Source: Cyanobacteria bacterium J069
GTDB taxonomy: Bacteria; Cyanobacteriota; Cyanobacteriia; Elainellales; Elainellaceae
Direction: 5' to 3'
Length of the DNA: 64,000 bases
Assembly (NCBI GenBank): GCA_003695655.1
Contig: RFIF01000414.1
Location: 4,551-68,550 of the forward strand
The notes under the pieces were generated by a model. The model was not told the DNA's origin. It worked only from the letters and a program-made list of their open reading frames with translations, and made no database searches. Numbering within the stretch: position 1 is the first letter of the stretch; the number at the start of each line of letters is the position of its first letter. The position numbers and the translations under genes were made by a program. Shown in pieces: positions 54,413 to 62,999 of the stretch.

Positions 54413-54865
54413 TTAAGGGTTCTTTAAAGATTTCAAGAGCTTCATCGGGCGCGCTGCTTTGATCCCCGACAGGCGATCGGGATGATGTTTCATCATATAG
54501 TGCTCATACTCAAACCAATGCATCTCGCCCTTTTCATCATTACAAGCTTTACAAATTACCCAGAAATTATCAAAGTTCATAGATAGCCAGGGATATTGCG
54601 ATCGCGGCAATTTGTGATCGATTGTTCTACCGCCACACTCAGAGAACCTAACGCCACAGATCGGGCAGTGGAAATCTGAGTTATCCCTCGCCCAATCTCG
54701 GCTTTCTTGAGTTGTGCCGCAATCATGTTCACCATTGACATAGCGCCAGTGGTTAAACTTTTCATAATCTTCGAGGTCTTGGCGCGTCAGCTTGTGATAA
54801 CGCTGCTTTCCAATTTTGTCTGCCAATGCAAACAGTTCAGGCAGTCGTTTGCCGTCAAGATTCAC
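54413..54865 (-). CDS. HNH endonuclease with Zn-binding CxxC pairs
   Basis: CPIC...TIDHKLPRSQYP...NFWVICKACNDEKG; GTG start preceded by AGGAG. Confidence 0.9.
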   Translation of the reverse strand: MNLDGKRLPELFALADKIGKQRYHKLTRQDLEDYEKFNHWRYVNGEHDCGTTQESRDWARDNSDFHCPICGVRFSECGGRTIDHKLPRSQYPWLSMNFDNFWVICKACNDEKGEMHWFEYEHYMMKHHPDRLSGIKAARPMKLLKSLKNP

Positions 54866-54950
54866 TGTTAGCTCCTGTCTATTTAGATCTGTCTATTTGA
54901 ATCTGATTAAGTCTGAAAAATTTGCCGATCCAGCCGATTTTATTTGAAAT

Positions 54951-55364
54951 CTATTTAGACCGTTTACGAGTCGGCTTTTTGACAGCACTACCAAAATCAA
55001 TCACTTCGATTTCTGTATCTGGAAACTGCTGATCAATTAGCTCTCCAATCTCGGCAACCTCCTGAGACATCTTCCGGTTAAATTCCTCAATCTCTTCAGC
55101 AGAGAGGTATTTATTTCCAATGCGATCAGCTTCTAGAAATAGCTCCTCTAAACTCATGTCTTTGAACTGAGCTTTGTCCAAAAAATCCTCAATTTTTTGA
55201 TACAGGCGAATCACATTATCCCAGCCAACATTCCGATAGCCATTCTCCTTTAGCCAGTTTTGCTCTTCTTGAGTAATTTTTTTTCGATTATCAGAATTGG
55301 CACGCTGCACCTGGACGTAGCCCATTCCGTTAAATTTTTTCGCCTGCCTGGAGTTCTGCCCCAT
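54951..55364 (-). CDS. Hypothetical protein, middle gene of the HNH operon
   Basis: 137-aa ORF 15 nt downstream of the coiled-coil gene; no recognised family. Confidence 0.8.
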   Translation of the reverse strand: MGQNSRQAKKFNGMGYVQVQRANSDNRKKITQEEQNWLKENGYRNVGWDNVIRLYQKIEDFLDKAQFKDMSLEELFLEADRIGNKYLSAEEIEEFNRKMSQEVAEIGELIDQQFPDTEIEVIDFGSAVKKPTRKRSK

Positions 55365-55379
55365 GTTCTCTCAAGCCCC

Positions 55380-56006
55380 CTATCCTAAAGTCCACCTAAA
55401 CAAACGAATCACCGCTTTACGGAGTTCACTATCTTCATATTGCAGCAGCACTTTGGTATCCTCAGCCAGTCTCAGTCGAATCTGATCGACGATATTTTTA
55501 AGGTCTTTGTTTTCTTTTTTAAGCTGTGCATTTACATCTGTTAGCTCGGTATTTTGGTTAGCTAAATCTTGCACCTTGGAAGACAAAGCCTGATTGTTTT
55601 GGGATAGGCTTTTTAACTCAGACTCTAGTTTGAGCTGCTCTTCCTCAAGGGCTTTCTTTTTCTGCTCCAGCGTTTGCTTGCCGACTTCTAAGGTTCTTTT
55701 TTTCTGTTCTAGTGCTTGCTTATCTGCTTCAAGATCTTTAATCGACTGCGCTAGCTGGGTATATTCAGTTTTTAAGGTTTCGAGTTTGCGCTCTGCCTGA
55801 CTGCGAAGCTGACCATAGTGGGCATTATTCCTTCCCAGGCTGGCATTTTTTTTGGCAAACGAATCGACAAGTCTGGCGGCGGAGTGGTCTTGCTGAAGGA
55901 GCGCCAGGATATTCTCACAATCCTCGCGGGTTAGCGATTCTGTGATGTTTTTATTGATACCAAGTTTTTCTTTCAGGATAGTTTGCAGTTCACCCTTAGA
56001 CACCAT
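55380..56006 (-). CDS. Coiled-coil hypothetical protein, first gene of the HNH operon
   Basis: Long heptad stretch including LEADKQALEQKKRT/LEVGKQTLEQKKKA; small globular ends. Confidence 0.82.
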   Translation of the reverse strand: MVSKGELQTILKEKLGINKNITESLTREDCENILALLQQDHSAARLVDSFAKKNASLGRNNAHYGQLRSQAERKLETLKTEYTQLAQSIKDLEADKQALEQKKRTLEVGKQTLEQKKKALEEEQLKLESELKSLSQNNQALSSKVQDLANQNTELTDVNAQLKKENKDLKNIVDQIRLRLAEDTKVLLQYEDSELRKAVIRLFRWTLG

Positions 56007-56060
56007 TGGTTACTCTCTTAATACTGGTTATTCTCTTAATACTGGTTATTCTCTTAGTGT
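56007..56060. repeat. 18-nt tandem repeat x3 abutting the operon start codon
   Basis: TGGTTACTCTCTTAATAC / TGGTTATTCTCTTAATAC / TGGTTATTCTCTTAGTGT. Confidence 0.85.
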
Positions 56061-56452
56061 CGATTGCTCTTAATACTAGTTGCCATTGAATTAATTACCA
56101 TTGATACTGATCATTCTCTTGGTTACGCCTTCAAGTGATGACGCTGATAACGCTCTTAATTTTTGATTTGGTTGCGCCTTAATTTGGTCGCGCGCTTTGG
56201 CTTAATAATCATCGAGAACATGAGGCAGCCTATGCGATCGCCCTCTGTGGTGCCGAGGAATAGTTCAGTGCCTGAGCGTAACCCTATTTTGCCCAGACCA
56301 GGTCTGAGCAAGATAGCTTTCAAGAACTTTTGTATCTTTACTATTCCGACTCTGGCATCAAAAAACCGCCAGCTTTTCACAAAAGTTAGTCTATTTCTAA
56401 CGGATTTGAAGATTTCTGGCTACTTTTCCCAATTCAGACTTTGCACCAGTTG

Positions 56453-56499
56453 CAGGTTTGGCAACCAGCAGGTTTGGCAACCAACAGGTTTGGCAACCA
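56453..56499. repeat. Tandem repeat x3 with a 16-nt period
   Basis: CAGGTTTGGCAACCA at 56453, 56469 and 56485. Confidence 0.85.
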
Positions 56500-56850
56500 A
56501 TGTAGAAAACTCTGAAGGTCGCGGTTAGTCAGTTTCTGGCTGCGCTTTGCCTGAAAATATAGACCAGGTTTTGCCCATGCCGTAGCGAATCACACTGCAC
56601 AAACGCCCGCCTGTACCAGTACAATTCAATCTATTCGCTAGATTTATGCTGCGAAGCAGGGCGATCGCCTGGTGTTTGCTTTCGAGCTGACGCTTGGTGT
56701 AAGGTCACGGACGTCAGTTCACGTCAGTCCCCAGGTTCACGTCGGTGCACCATCAGTTCATTCAGGCAGTTTATTTAGAAGTGGCTCCCAAGCCGCAGCC
56801 AAACTAGCCAAATCTATTTCTTTGCTCAGATCGATTAGGAAGAACTCCCA

Positions 56851-57636
56851 ATGACGCAATATCACACGGATGCAATCACCAACGGCAATGGTCAAGTTGG
56901 CTCCGAGCCGGTGATCTTGGCGGAAAACGTGGAGAAATGGTACGACAATAACTTCCATGTGCTGCGCGGCGTTAGTTTGACGGTGCAAAAGGGCGAAGTG
57001 GTGGTGGTAATGGGGCCTTCTGGGTCAGGAAAATCCACCTTTATCCGCACTTTCAACGCGCTAGAGAGCTACCAAAAGGGCAAGATTGTGATCGACGGGA
57101 TTCACCTTTCCCATGATCTGAAGAATATCGATGCAATCCGGCGGGAAGTGGGCATGGTGTTTCAGCAGTTCAACCTGTTTCCCCATCTATCAGTCCTGCA
57201 AAACGTGATGCTTGCGCCGATTTGGGTGCGCCGCTGGCCCAAGGCCCGAGCCGAGGAGAAAGCCCTGCAACTGCTAGAACGGGTTGGCATTTTGGAACAA
57301 GCGAAGAAGTTTCCGGGGCAGCTTTCGGGCGGACAGCAGCAGCGGGTGGCGATCGCCCGCGCCCTGGCGATGGAACCCAAGATTATGCTGTTTGACGAAC
57401 CTACCAGCGCTCTCGACCCGGAAATGGTACGTGAGGTGCTGGATGTAATGCGAACCCTGGCGCAATCAGGGATGACGATGGTCTGCGTGACGCATGAAGT
57501 GGGCTTTGCTCGTGAAGTCGCCGATCGAGTAGTGCTGATGGCGGATGGGCTATTGGTCGAAGAAGGCACGCCCGAAACCTTCTTCAACGATCCCAAAGAG
57601 GAGCGTACGCAGAAGTTCCTCTCGCAGATTCTGTAG
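56851..57636 (+). CDS. Polar amino-acid ABC transporter ATP-binding subunit (BgtA/GlnQ-like)
   Basis: [45 protein letters not shown]. Confidence 0.95.
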   Translation: MTQYHTDAITNGNGQVGSEPVILAENVEKWYDNNFHVLRGVSLTVQKGEVVVVMGPSGSGKSTFIRTFNALESYQKGKIVIDGIHLSHDLKNIDAIRREVGMVFQQFNLFPHLSVLQNVMLAPIWVRRWPKARAEEKALQLLERVGILEQAKKFPGQLSGGQQQRVAIARALAMEPKIMLFDEPTSALDPEMVREVLDVMRTLAQSGMTMVCVTHEVGFAREVADRVVLMADGLLVEEGTPETFFNDPKEERTQKFLSQIL

Positions 57637-57773
57637 ACAGGGATTAGGTTGCAGGGATTAGGTTGCAGGGGTTAGTGACGGGGCAAGACCTGGAAATTGC
57701 CTCTTTGCTGACAGCCTGAAACCTGACTCCTGATCTCTGTCACCTGACCCCTGTCACCTGACTCCTGGCACCG

Positions 57774-57782
57774 TGCTATTCT
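57774..57782 (+). promoter_or_regulatory. Extended -10 promoter of SRP RNA
   Basis: TG-C-TATTCT a few nt before the RNA 5' end. Confidence 0.55.
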
Positions 57783-57787
57783 AAAGA

Positions 57788-57883
57788 AGACCTGGATCCA
57801 CGCGATTACAACGCCCAAATCTTGTCAGGACCGGAAGGTAGCAGCAATACGGGATGCTTGTAATAGGCGTGGTCTCCGGGTCT
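57788..57883 (+). ncRNA. ffs: Signal recognition particle 4.5S RNA
   Basis: Domain IV motif TCAGGACCGGAAGGTAGCAGC; ends pair (AGACCTGGA/TCCGGGTCT); T tract follows. Confidence 0.93.
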
Positions 57884-57941
57884 TTTTGTGTTTAGCCCTG
57901 GCTCGAAAAGATTCTGGCTCGAAAAGATATTTAGGTAGACG

Positions 57942-58373
57942 GTGGAACGGCTTCAGGCAGAGCGAATTGAGTCAATTAAAGCGGGTGGGCTGGGTGCCCT
58001 GGTCTGTGCCATGGTGGTGTTGCTGGGGGCGATCGCCAACACCCTCCTGGCCGCTCGCTGGAACGCCTTAACCGTCCTCTCGCTCAATTGGGCAACCTTT
58101 TTACATTTGGCAAACGCTGCACTTGCAGGACTATTATTTGGCGTCACCTATCGCTACGTGGTGCGCCAGGGCGAAAATCCCCATCTCAGTTCGGGTGTGG
58201 TGTTGGCCTTTGCGCTGGTGCGCGGGCTGGCCCAGCTTGAAACTGGCTGGACGCTGCACGGCAACCCGACCCTGCTGCTAATTTTGGGTGGCGAAAGTTT
58301 TTTGATGATGGCGATCGCCGCTGTTGTTCTAAATATCGCCTTGTCTCGCAAAGCAATTCTTCCCTTTGTATGA
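57942..58373 (+). CDS. Hypothetical membrane protein
   Basis: ERIESIKAG, LFGVTYRYVVR, LSSGVVLAFALVRGL; about four TM segments. Confidence 0.8.
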   Translation: MERLQAERIESIKAGGLGALVCAMVVLLGAIANTLLAARWNALTVLSLNWATFLHLANAALAGLLFGVTYRYVVRQGENPHLSSGVVLAFALVRGLAQLETGWTLHGNPTLLLILGGESFLMMAIAAVVLNIALSRKAILPFV

Positions 58374-58441
58374 TCTTGGCAGGCTGCCTCGCTCGCGCCA
58401 TTCAGAACTCGTTAGGCTGAAGGGAAAACCAGGAGCGGGGC

Positions 58442-60481
58442 ATGGCGAGCGAGGTCAAGCTGATTGTCGAAATGGTGTCAGTGCTTGGGGCAGCCACCAC
58501 AGGCGGGTATCTGGCAAATCGATTGCGACAGCCCGTATTGCTGGGCTATCTGCTGGGGGGCATCGTCATTGGCCCGGCTGGGCTGGGCTGGGTAACTCTA
58601 GAAGGTGACATTGAAGTCCTGGCATCGGTCGGCGTGGCGCTGCTGCTGTTTGCTCTGGGGGTAGAGCTATCGCTCAAAGATTTGCTACGAATGCGGCGGA
58701 TTGCCCTGGGTGGCGGCACTCTGCAAATTTTGCTCACCATTTTGCTAGGCGGCGGCTTGGCCTACGGCATGGGCTGGGTTTCTACCATTCCCAAGGCGGT
58801 GTTTCTGGGGGCTGTGCTGTCGCTGTCGTCTACGGCGGTGGTGCTCAAGAGCCTGCTAGAGCGCAACGAAATGCAGAGTCAGCACGGGCAGATCATGCTG
58901 ACGCTGCTAATTGTGCAGGATTTAGCCGTCGGCATCATGCTGGCGGTGCTGCCTGCGCTCACCCAGTCGCCCGAGCAAATTGGGGGGGCGCTACTGACGG
59001 CCTTTCTCAAGGCGCTGCTGTTTATGGGCGGGGCAGCGCTGGCAGGGATCTGGCTGATTCCCCGGCTGATCCGGACACTTGCGCGAAGCGGCTCTCCAGA
59101 GCTTTTTTTGCTAGGAATTTTGGTGTTGTGTCTGGGTGTGGCGCTGCTGACTTCGGCAATTGGGCTGGGGATTGAGATGGGCGCGTTCGTGGCGGGGCTG
59201 CTGGTGTCGAATGTGGAGTATGCCGACCATGCGCTGGATCGGGTGCTGCCGATGCGGGATGTATTTGCCACGCTGTTTTTTGCATCCATTGGGCTGCTGA
59301 TCGATCCGGTCTTTTTGTGGGAAAACGCCTGGGCGCTGCTGGGGCTGGTGGGCATTGTGATGGTGGGCAAGGCGGCGATCGCCACCAGCCTCGTCCGCGC
59401 CTTTGGCTATTCCTTCAAAACGGCGCTGCTGGTGGGGCTGGGCATTAACCAGATCGGAGAATTTTCGTTTGTGCTGGCAGGCGTGGCGCGGAGCACGGAG
59501 CTGTTTACCGACCAAGTCTACGGGCTGACCGTGGGTACAGCGGCCGCGACCCTGCTGATCACACCGTTCGTGCTGCGCGCTGCGCCACACCTGCTGACCT
59601 GGCTAGAGCGGTTTCCCCAAATTTACGGCTGGCTAGATCCCAAGCGGCCGCCCCAGTTTGTCGGCCCGTCCGATGAGCTAGCTAATCATGTGGTGGTTGC
59701 GGGCTATGGCCGCGTCGGGCAAACCCTGGTGCGAATGCTCTACTTTCAAGGCTATAAGCTATTGGTGATCGACAATAATGAGGCAGTGCTGGCCAGCCTG
59801 CGCAGTCGCCAAATTCCTTACCTGCTCGGCGATGCTTCTAGCAATGTGCTGCTGGAAAAAGCAAATTTGGGCCAGGCGCGAGCGATGGCGATCGCCCTGC
59901 CCGATCCGTTTGCGACCCGCCTCGCCTTGCAGCGGGCCCTCAGCCTCGCCCCCGACCTGGACATCACCGTGCGGGCCCACGCCACCGACGAAATCGACGC
60001 GCTCTACCAGCTTGGCGCACAGGAAGTCGTGCAGCCCGAGTTTGAAGCCTCGCTAGAAATGGGCGCACACCTGCTGCTCAACCTGGGCGACACGGCATCG
60101 GCGGTGCAACAGGTCGTCCATCGCTACCGTAGCGGGCGCTATCGCGACATTTTGCCCGAGCGGTCGGCATATTGGGGACGGGCAGACCTGGACTCGGTGA
60201 CCGACGGCTTTCCCAAGCATTGGTACATCCTGGAGCCGAGTTCTCCCCTGGCAGGAAAAAGCCTGGGACAGGCTAACGTCCGCCGCGCCACCGGAGCCAC
60301 CATCATGGCAATCGAGCGGCACAAACAGCTCCACGCTTACCCACTGGGAGACACTCTGCTGGAGGTGGGCGATCGCCTGCTGGTGGTGGGCAACCCCGAA
60401 GAACACCACGCTTTTGCCACACTCATCCGTAGTAGCGCCTTGCCGGCCGACCCCAACCGATATACTGAAGACAAGCTTTAG
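58442..60481 (+). CDS. CPA2 cation:proton antiporter (Kef-like) with TrkA_N and TrkA_C domains
   Basis: SLSSTAVV, QDL, GEFSFV, GYGRVG, C-terminal RCK_C. Confidence 0.93.
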   Translation: MASEVKLIVEMVSVLGAATTGGYLANRLRQPVLLGYLLGGIVIGPAGLGWVTLEGDIEVLASVGVALLLFALGVELSLKDLLRMRRIALGGGTLQILLTILLGGGLAYGMGWVSTIPKAVFLGAVLSLSSTAVVLKSLLERNEMQSQHGQIMLTLLIVQDLAVGIMLAVLPALTQSPEQIGGALLTAFLKALLFMGGAALAGIWLIPRLIRTLARSGSPELFLLGILVLCLGVALLTSAIGLGIEMGAFVAGLLVSNVEYADHALDRVLPMRDVFATLFFASIGLLIDPVFLWENAWALLGLVGIVMVGKAAIATSLVRAFGYSFKTALLVGLGINQIGEFSFVLAGVARSTELFTDQVYGLTVGTAAATLLITPFVLRAAPHLLTWLERFPQIYGWLDPKRPPQFVGPSDELANHVVVAGYGRVGQTLVRMLYFQGYKLLVIDNNEAVLASLRSRQIPYLLGDASSNVLLEKANLGQARAMAIALPDPFATRLALQRALSLAPDLDITVRAHATDEIDALYQLGAQEVVQPEFEASLEMGAHLLLNLGDTASAVQQVVHRYRSGRYRDILPERSAYWGRADLDSVTDGFPKHWYILEPSSPLAGKSLGQANVRRATGATIMAIERHKQLHAYPLGDTLLEVGDRLLVVGNPEEHHAFATLIRSSALPADPNRYTEDKL

Positions 60482-60544
60482 TACAGTTTGGCCCTGTGAG
60501 ATTGGTTGAAAGCGCTCGCACAGTTCGCAGGGAATGGAGGCATC

Positions 60545-61471
60545 GTGAAGATAGCAGTGACCGGGGCAACCGGATTTGTCGGCGTGCGGCTCGTGGAGCG
60601 GCTTCAGCAAGAGGGGCACAGCGTTGTAGTGCTGACCCGCAGTCAGGCGCATGGCGATCGCGTGTTTCCCAAATCCGCCTTCCCTAAAGTTGAGGTGGTG
60701 GAATACAGCCCGCTGGAATCGGGCGACTGGCAGCGGGCGCTTTCAGGCTGCGATGGCGTAGCAAACCTGGCGGGCGCAGGCATCGCCGACGAGCGCTGGA
60801 CGCCGGAGCGCAAGCAGGAGATTCTGGACAGCCGCAAGGTGGGCACGGAGAAAATTGTCGAGGCGATCGCCCAGGCCAACCCCAAGCCATCCGTTTTGGT
60901 CAACTCTTCCGCCATCGGCTATTACGGTACCAGCGAAACCGCCACCTTCGACGAAAGCAGCGCCCCCGGCGACGACTTTTTGGCGCAGGTCTGTCAGGCG
61001 TGGGAAGCGGCGGCCGAATCTGCCAAAAACAGCGGCACGCGGGTCGTCATTTTACGGACGGGCATTGTCCTCGGCATGGGCGGCGCATTGGGCAAAATGC
61101 TGACGCCCTTCCGCCTGTTTGCGGGCGGGCCGCTGGGCACGGGTCGCCAGTGGTTTTCCTGGATTCACCGCGATGACTTGGTGAACCTGTTGATCAAAGC
61201 GCTGACCGACTCTAGCCTGTCGGGCACCTACAACGCCACCGCTCCTCATCCTGTCCGCATGGCGGAGTTTTGCCAAACCCTGGGTCAGGTGATGGGTCGC
61301 CCGTCCTGGCTGCCCGTTCCCGCCTTTGCGCTGGAGGCGCTGCTGGGTGACGCGGCTCAGGTGGTGCTGGAAGGTCAACAGGTTCTGCCCAAACGAACCC
61401 AGGAAACGGGATTCACCTATCAATACACCGCTGTAAAAGAGGCGATCGAAGCAGTTTTACAGGAGAGTTAG
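60545..61471 (+). CDS. thyD: TIGR01777-family NAD-dependent epimerase-like protein (ThyD)
   Basis: TGATGFVG, NLAG, SAIGYYG, WIHRDDL; GTG at 60545 follows GGAGG. Confidence 0.88.
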   Translation: MKIAVTGATGFVGVRLVERLQQEGHSVVVLTRSQAHGDRVFPKSAFPKVEVVEYSPLESGDWQRALSGCDGVANLAGAGIADERWTPERKQEILDSRKVGTEKIVEAIAQANPKPSVLVNSSAIGYYGTSETATFDESSAPGDDFLAQVCQAWEAAAESAKNSGTRVVILRTGIVLGMGGALGKMLTPFRLFAGGPLGTGRQWFSWIHRDDLVNLLIKALTDSSLSGTYNATAPHPVRMAEFCQTLGQVMGRPSWLPVPAFALEALLGDAAQVVLEGQQVLPKRTQETGFTYQYTAVKEAIEAVLQES

Positions 61472-61548
61472 GTTGAGCTTTGGTGCAAAAACTAGCGATT
61501 TTTGAAAATTTTTGAATGCCCAGAAGGCATTCAACTTTACTTTGAACC

Positions 61549-61890
61549 CTATTGAGGCATTTCGACTCGAATCAGGACGCTAGCCTGCATTTGTCGCTGC
61601 ATTTCCTGTCGGGTAATGGAGCGACAGCCCGCACAGTCGCAGCCCCGAAAGGCGATCGCCATTTCCCCTTCCGCATCAGAGCCGTCCCACCCGGCTGAAA
61701 CTGCGTCTGTCGCTCCGCAGGTGCAGGCAGGGCCATCCGGCGGCACCATCTCGCCCGTCTGCGTACTGGAAAAGATCAGTTCGCGAACGGGAACCGTTTG
61801 GGATAGCCCCGCATCAGGCAGCGCCATAGACAGCGCTAGAGAGCCAGAGCAGCCCAGCAGGGTCAACAAGCTTTTTTGAGTTGGGTTCAT
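61549..61890 (-). CDS. Small, probably exported Cys-motif protein
   Basis: Signal-like N terminus; CTC and GCDCAGCR motifs; ATG at 61890. Confidence 0.7.
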   Translation of the reverse strand: MNPTQKSLLTLLGCSGSLALSMALPDAGLSQTVPVRELIFSSTQTGEMVPPDGPACTCGATDAVSAGWDGSDAEGEMAIAFRGCDCAGCRSITRQEMQRQMQASVLIRVEMPQ

Positions 61891-61945
61891 GATGGGGGTC
61901 TTGAGATTTGCGGGTTTCTTGGTGGGCAGTATAGCGCAAATTGGC

Positions 61946-62707
61946 TTAAGCACTGCTTGTTAGAGGCTGACCGAGCAACTGTTGCGCAAGTTCCCAAAAG
62001 CCCTCCACCTCCTCAGCGTGGGTGATGCCAGCGGGCTTATGGGCGAGTCCATCCAGATAGTGGCGCACGTTGCCCACGCCGACGGAATGGGGAAAGCGAT
62101 CGCCATTAAACAAGCTCTCGTCATTGGGGCTATCCCCGACCGTCACCAGTTGCACGGGCGAGATGTCGGGAAAATGCCGCTGCAACACTTGCGCCAGGGC
62201 AGTGGCTTTGTCCTGAGCAGCCGGCTTAATGTGGCACTGCACCGTGCTGTAGGTAAAGCCCCAGCCCGCCGACCGACAGCGATCGCCCATTGCTTGCAAA
62301 TCCGCTGGCGACAGCCCCCGCACGTCAAACGTCCAGTCCGTCAGCCGAAAGCGGTTGTCGGGCGCTTCCTGAATTTGAGGAAAGTCTTGCTGGAGCTGGT
62401 GAAATAGGTTGGCGAGTGCCTGGCGATGGGTGGAAATTTCGGGCAGGTCTACCAGAAATTCTGGCTCGGTGTCGCCAGGGAAAAACAAGCCGCCATTCTC
62501 GGCGATCGCCCCCGCCACGGGCAAATACGACACCACGCCATGCACCCAGCCCGCCGAGCGCCCCGTCACAATCACCACGGGAATTCCAGCCGTTTGTAGC
62601 GCCTCCAGCGTTTGCAGCAGCAGCGGCGTAAACTTGCCCCGACGGGTGAGCGTCCCGTCCATGTCGGTGGCAATCAGGCGAATCGAATCCGGCAAATCTA
62701 GCGGCAT
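61946..62707 (-). CDS. HAD-superfamily subfamily IIB hydrolase
   Basis: DMDGT, TGR, K, GDSPND motifs. Confidence 0.92.
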   Translation of the reverse strand: MPLDLPDSIRLIATDMDGTLTRRGKFTPLLLQTLEALQTAGIPVVIVTGRSAGWVHGVVSYLPVAGAIAENGGLFFPGDTEPEFLVDLPEISTHRQALANLFHQLQQDFPQIQEAPDNRFRLTDWTFDVRGLSPADLQAMGDRCRSAGWGFTYSTVQCHIKPAAQDKATALAQVLQRHFPDISPVQLVTVGDSPNDESLFNGDRFPHSVGVGNVRHYLDGLAHKPAGITHAEEVEGFWELAQQLLGQPLTSSA

Positions 62708-62719
62708 GGTTCAACGTGC

Positions 62720-62756
62720 AAAAAAACCGAGGGCATTCCCACAGGAAACACCCTCG
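62720..62756 (-). terminator. Intrinsic terminator after the RTX-like remnant
   Basis: Minus strand CGAGGGTGTTTCC-TGT-GGGAATGCCCTCG followed by GTTTTTTT. Confidence 0.7.
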
Positions 62757-62813
62757 ATGAGTCTAAGCGAAGCGAAGCCAGTTAGACCATCACTCCGTTA
62801 CCTTGTTACCCGA

Positions 62814-62999
62814 TTACGCAATTGAAATCTGAGCATGGGTCAGGCTGGTGCCTGCGGTCAACTGTGCAATCTTCACCTGTTGACCCGCACCGCTGCCGTC
62901 CAGGTCAAAGAACAACGCTCCAGACTGTTGGCTGTAGATAAACCGCTCGGCTGCGGTTTCAGCTTTGCTACCCAGGCGGAACTGCTCAGGGCTGATGCC
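62814..62999 (-). pseudogene. Remnant encoding the C terminus of an RTX/Ca-binding secreted protein
   Basis: Manual translation GISPEQFRLGSKAETAAERFIYSQQSGALFFDLDGSGAGQQVKIAQLTAGTSLTHAQISIA*; no ATG/GTG/TTG between the upstream in-frame stop (~63081) and this domain. Confidence 0.75.

Noticed and set aside
54413-54865. IscB/HEARO-type or retron-associated HNH
   Set aside because: Only 150 aa, no PLMP or RuvC motifs, no reverse transcriptase nearby and no evident structured RNA.
56007-56499. Possible CRISPR array near the HNH gene
   Set aside because: Units are 15-18 nt and adjacent with no unique spacers; no cas genes in the window.
56156-56528. ORFs 56163-56528 (+) and 56156-56380 (-)
   Set aside because: Weak starts, overlap each other and a tandem repeat, and lack protein-like features.
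56851-57636. ABC ATPase without permease genes as a novelty
   Set aside because: Stand-alone, shared BgtA-type ATPases are already known in cyanobacteria.
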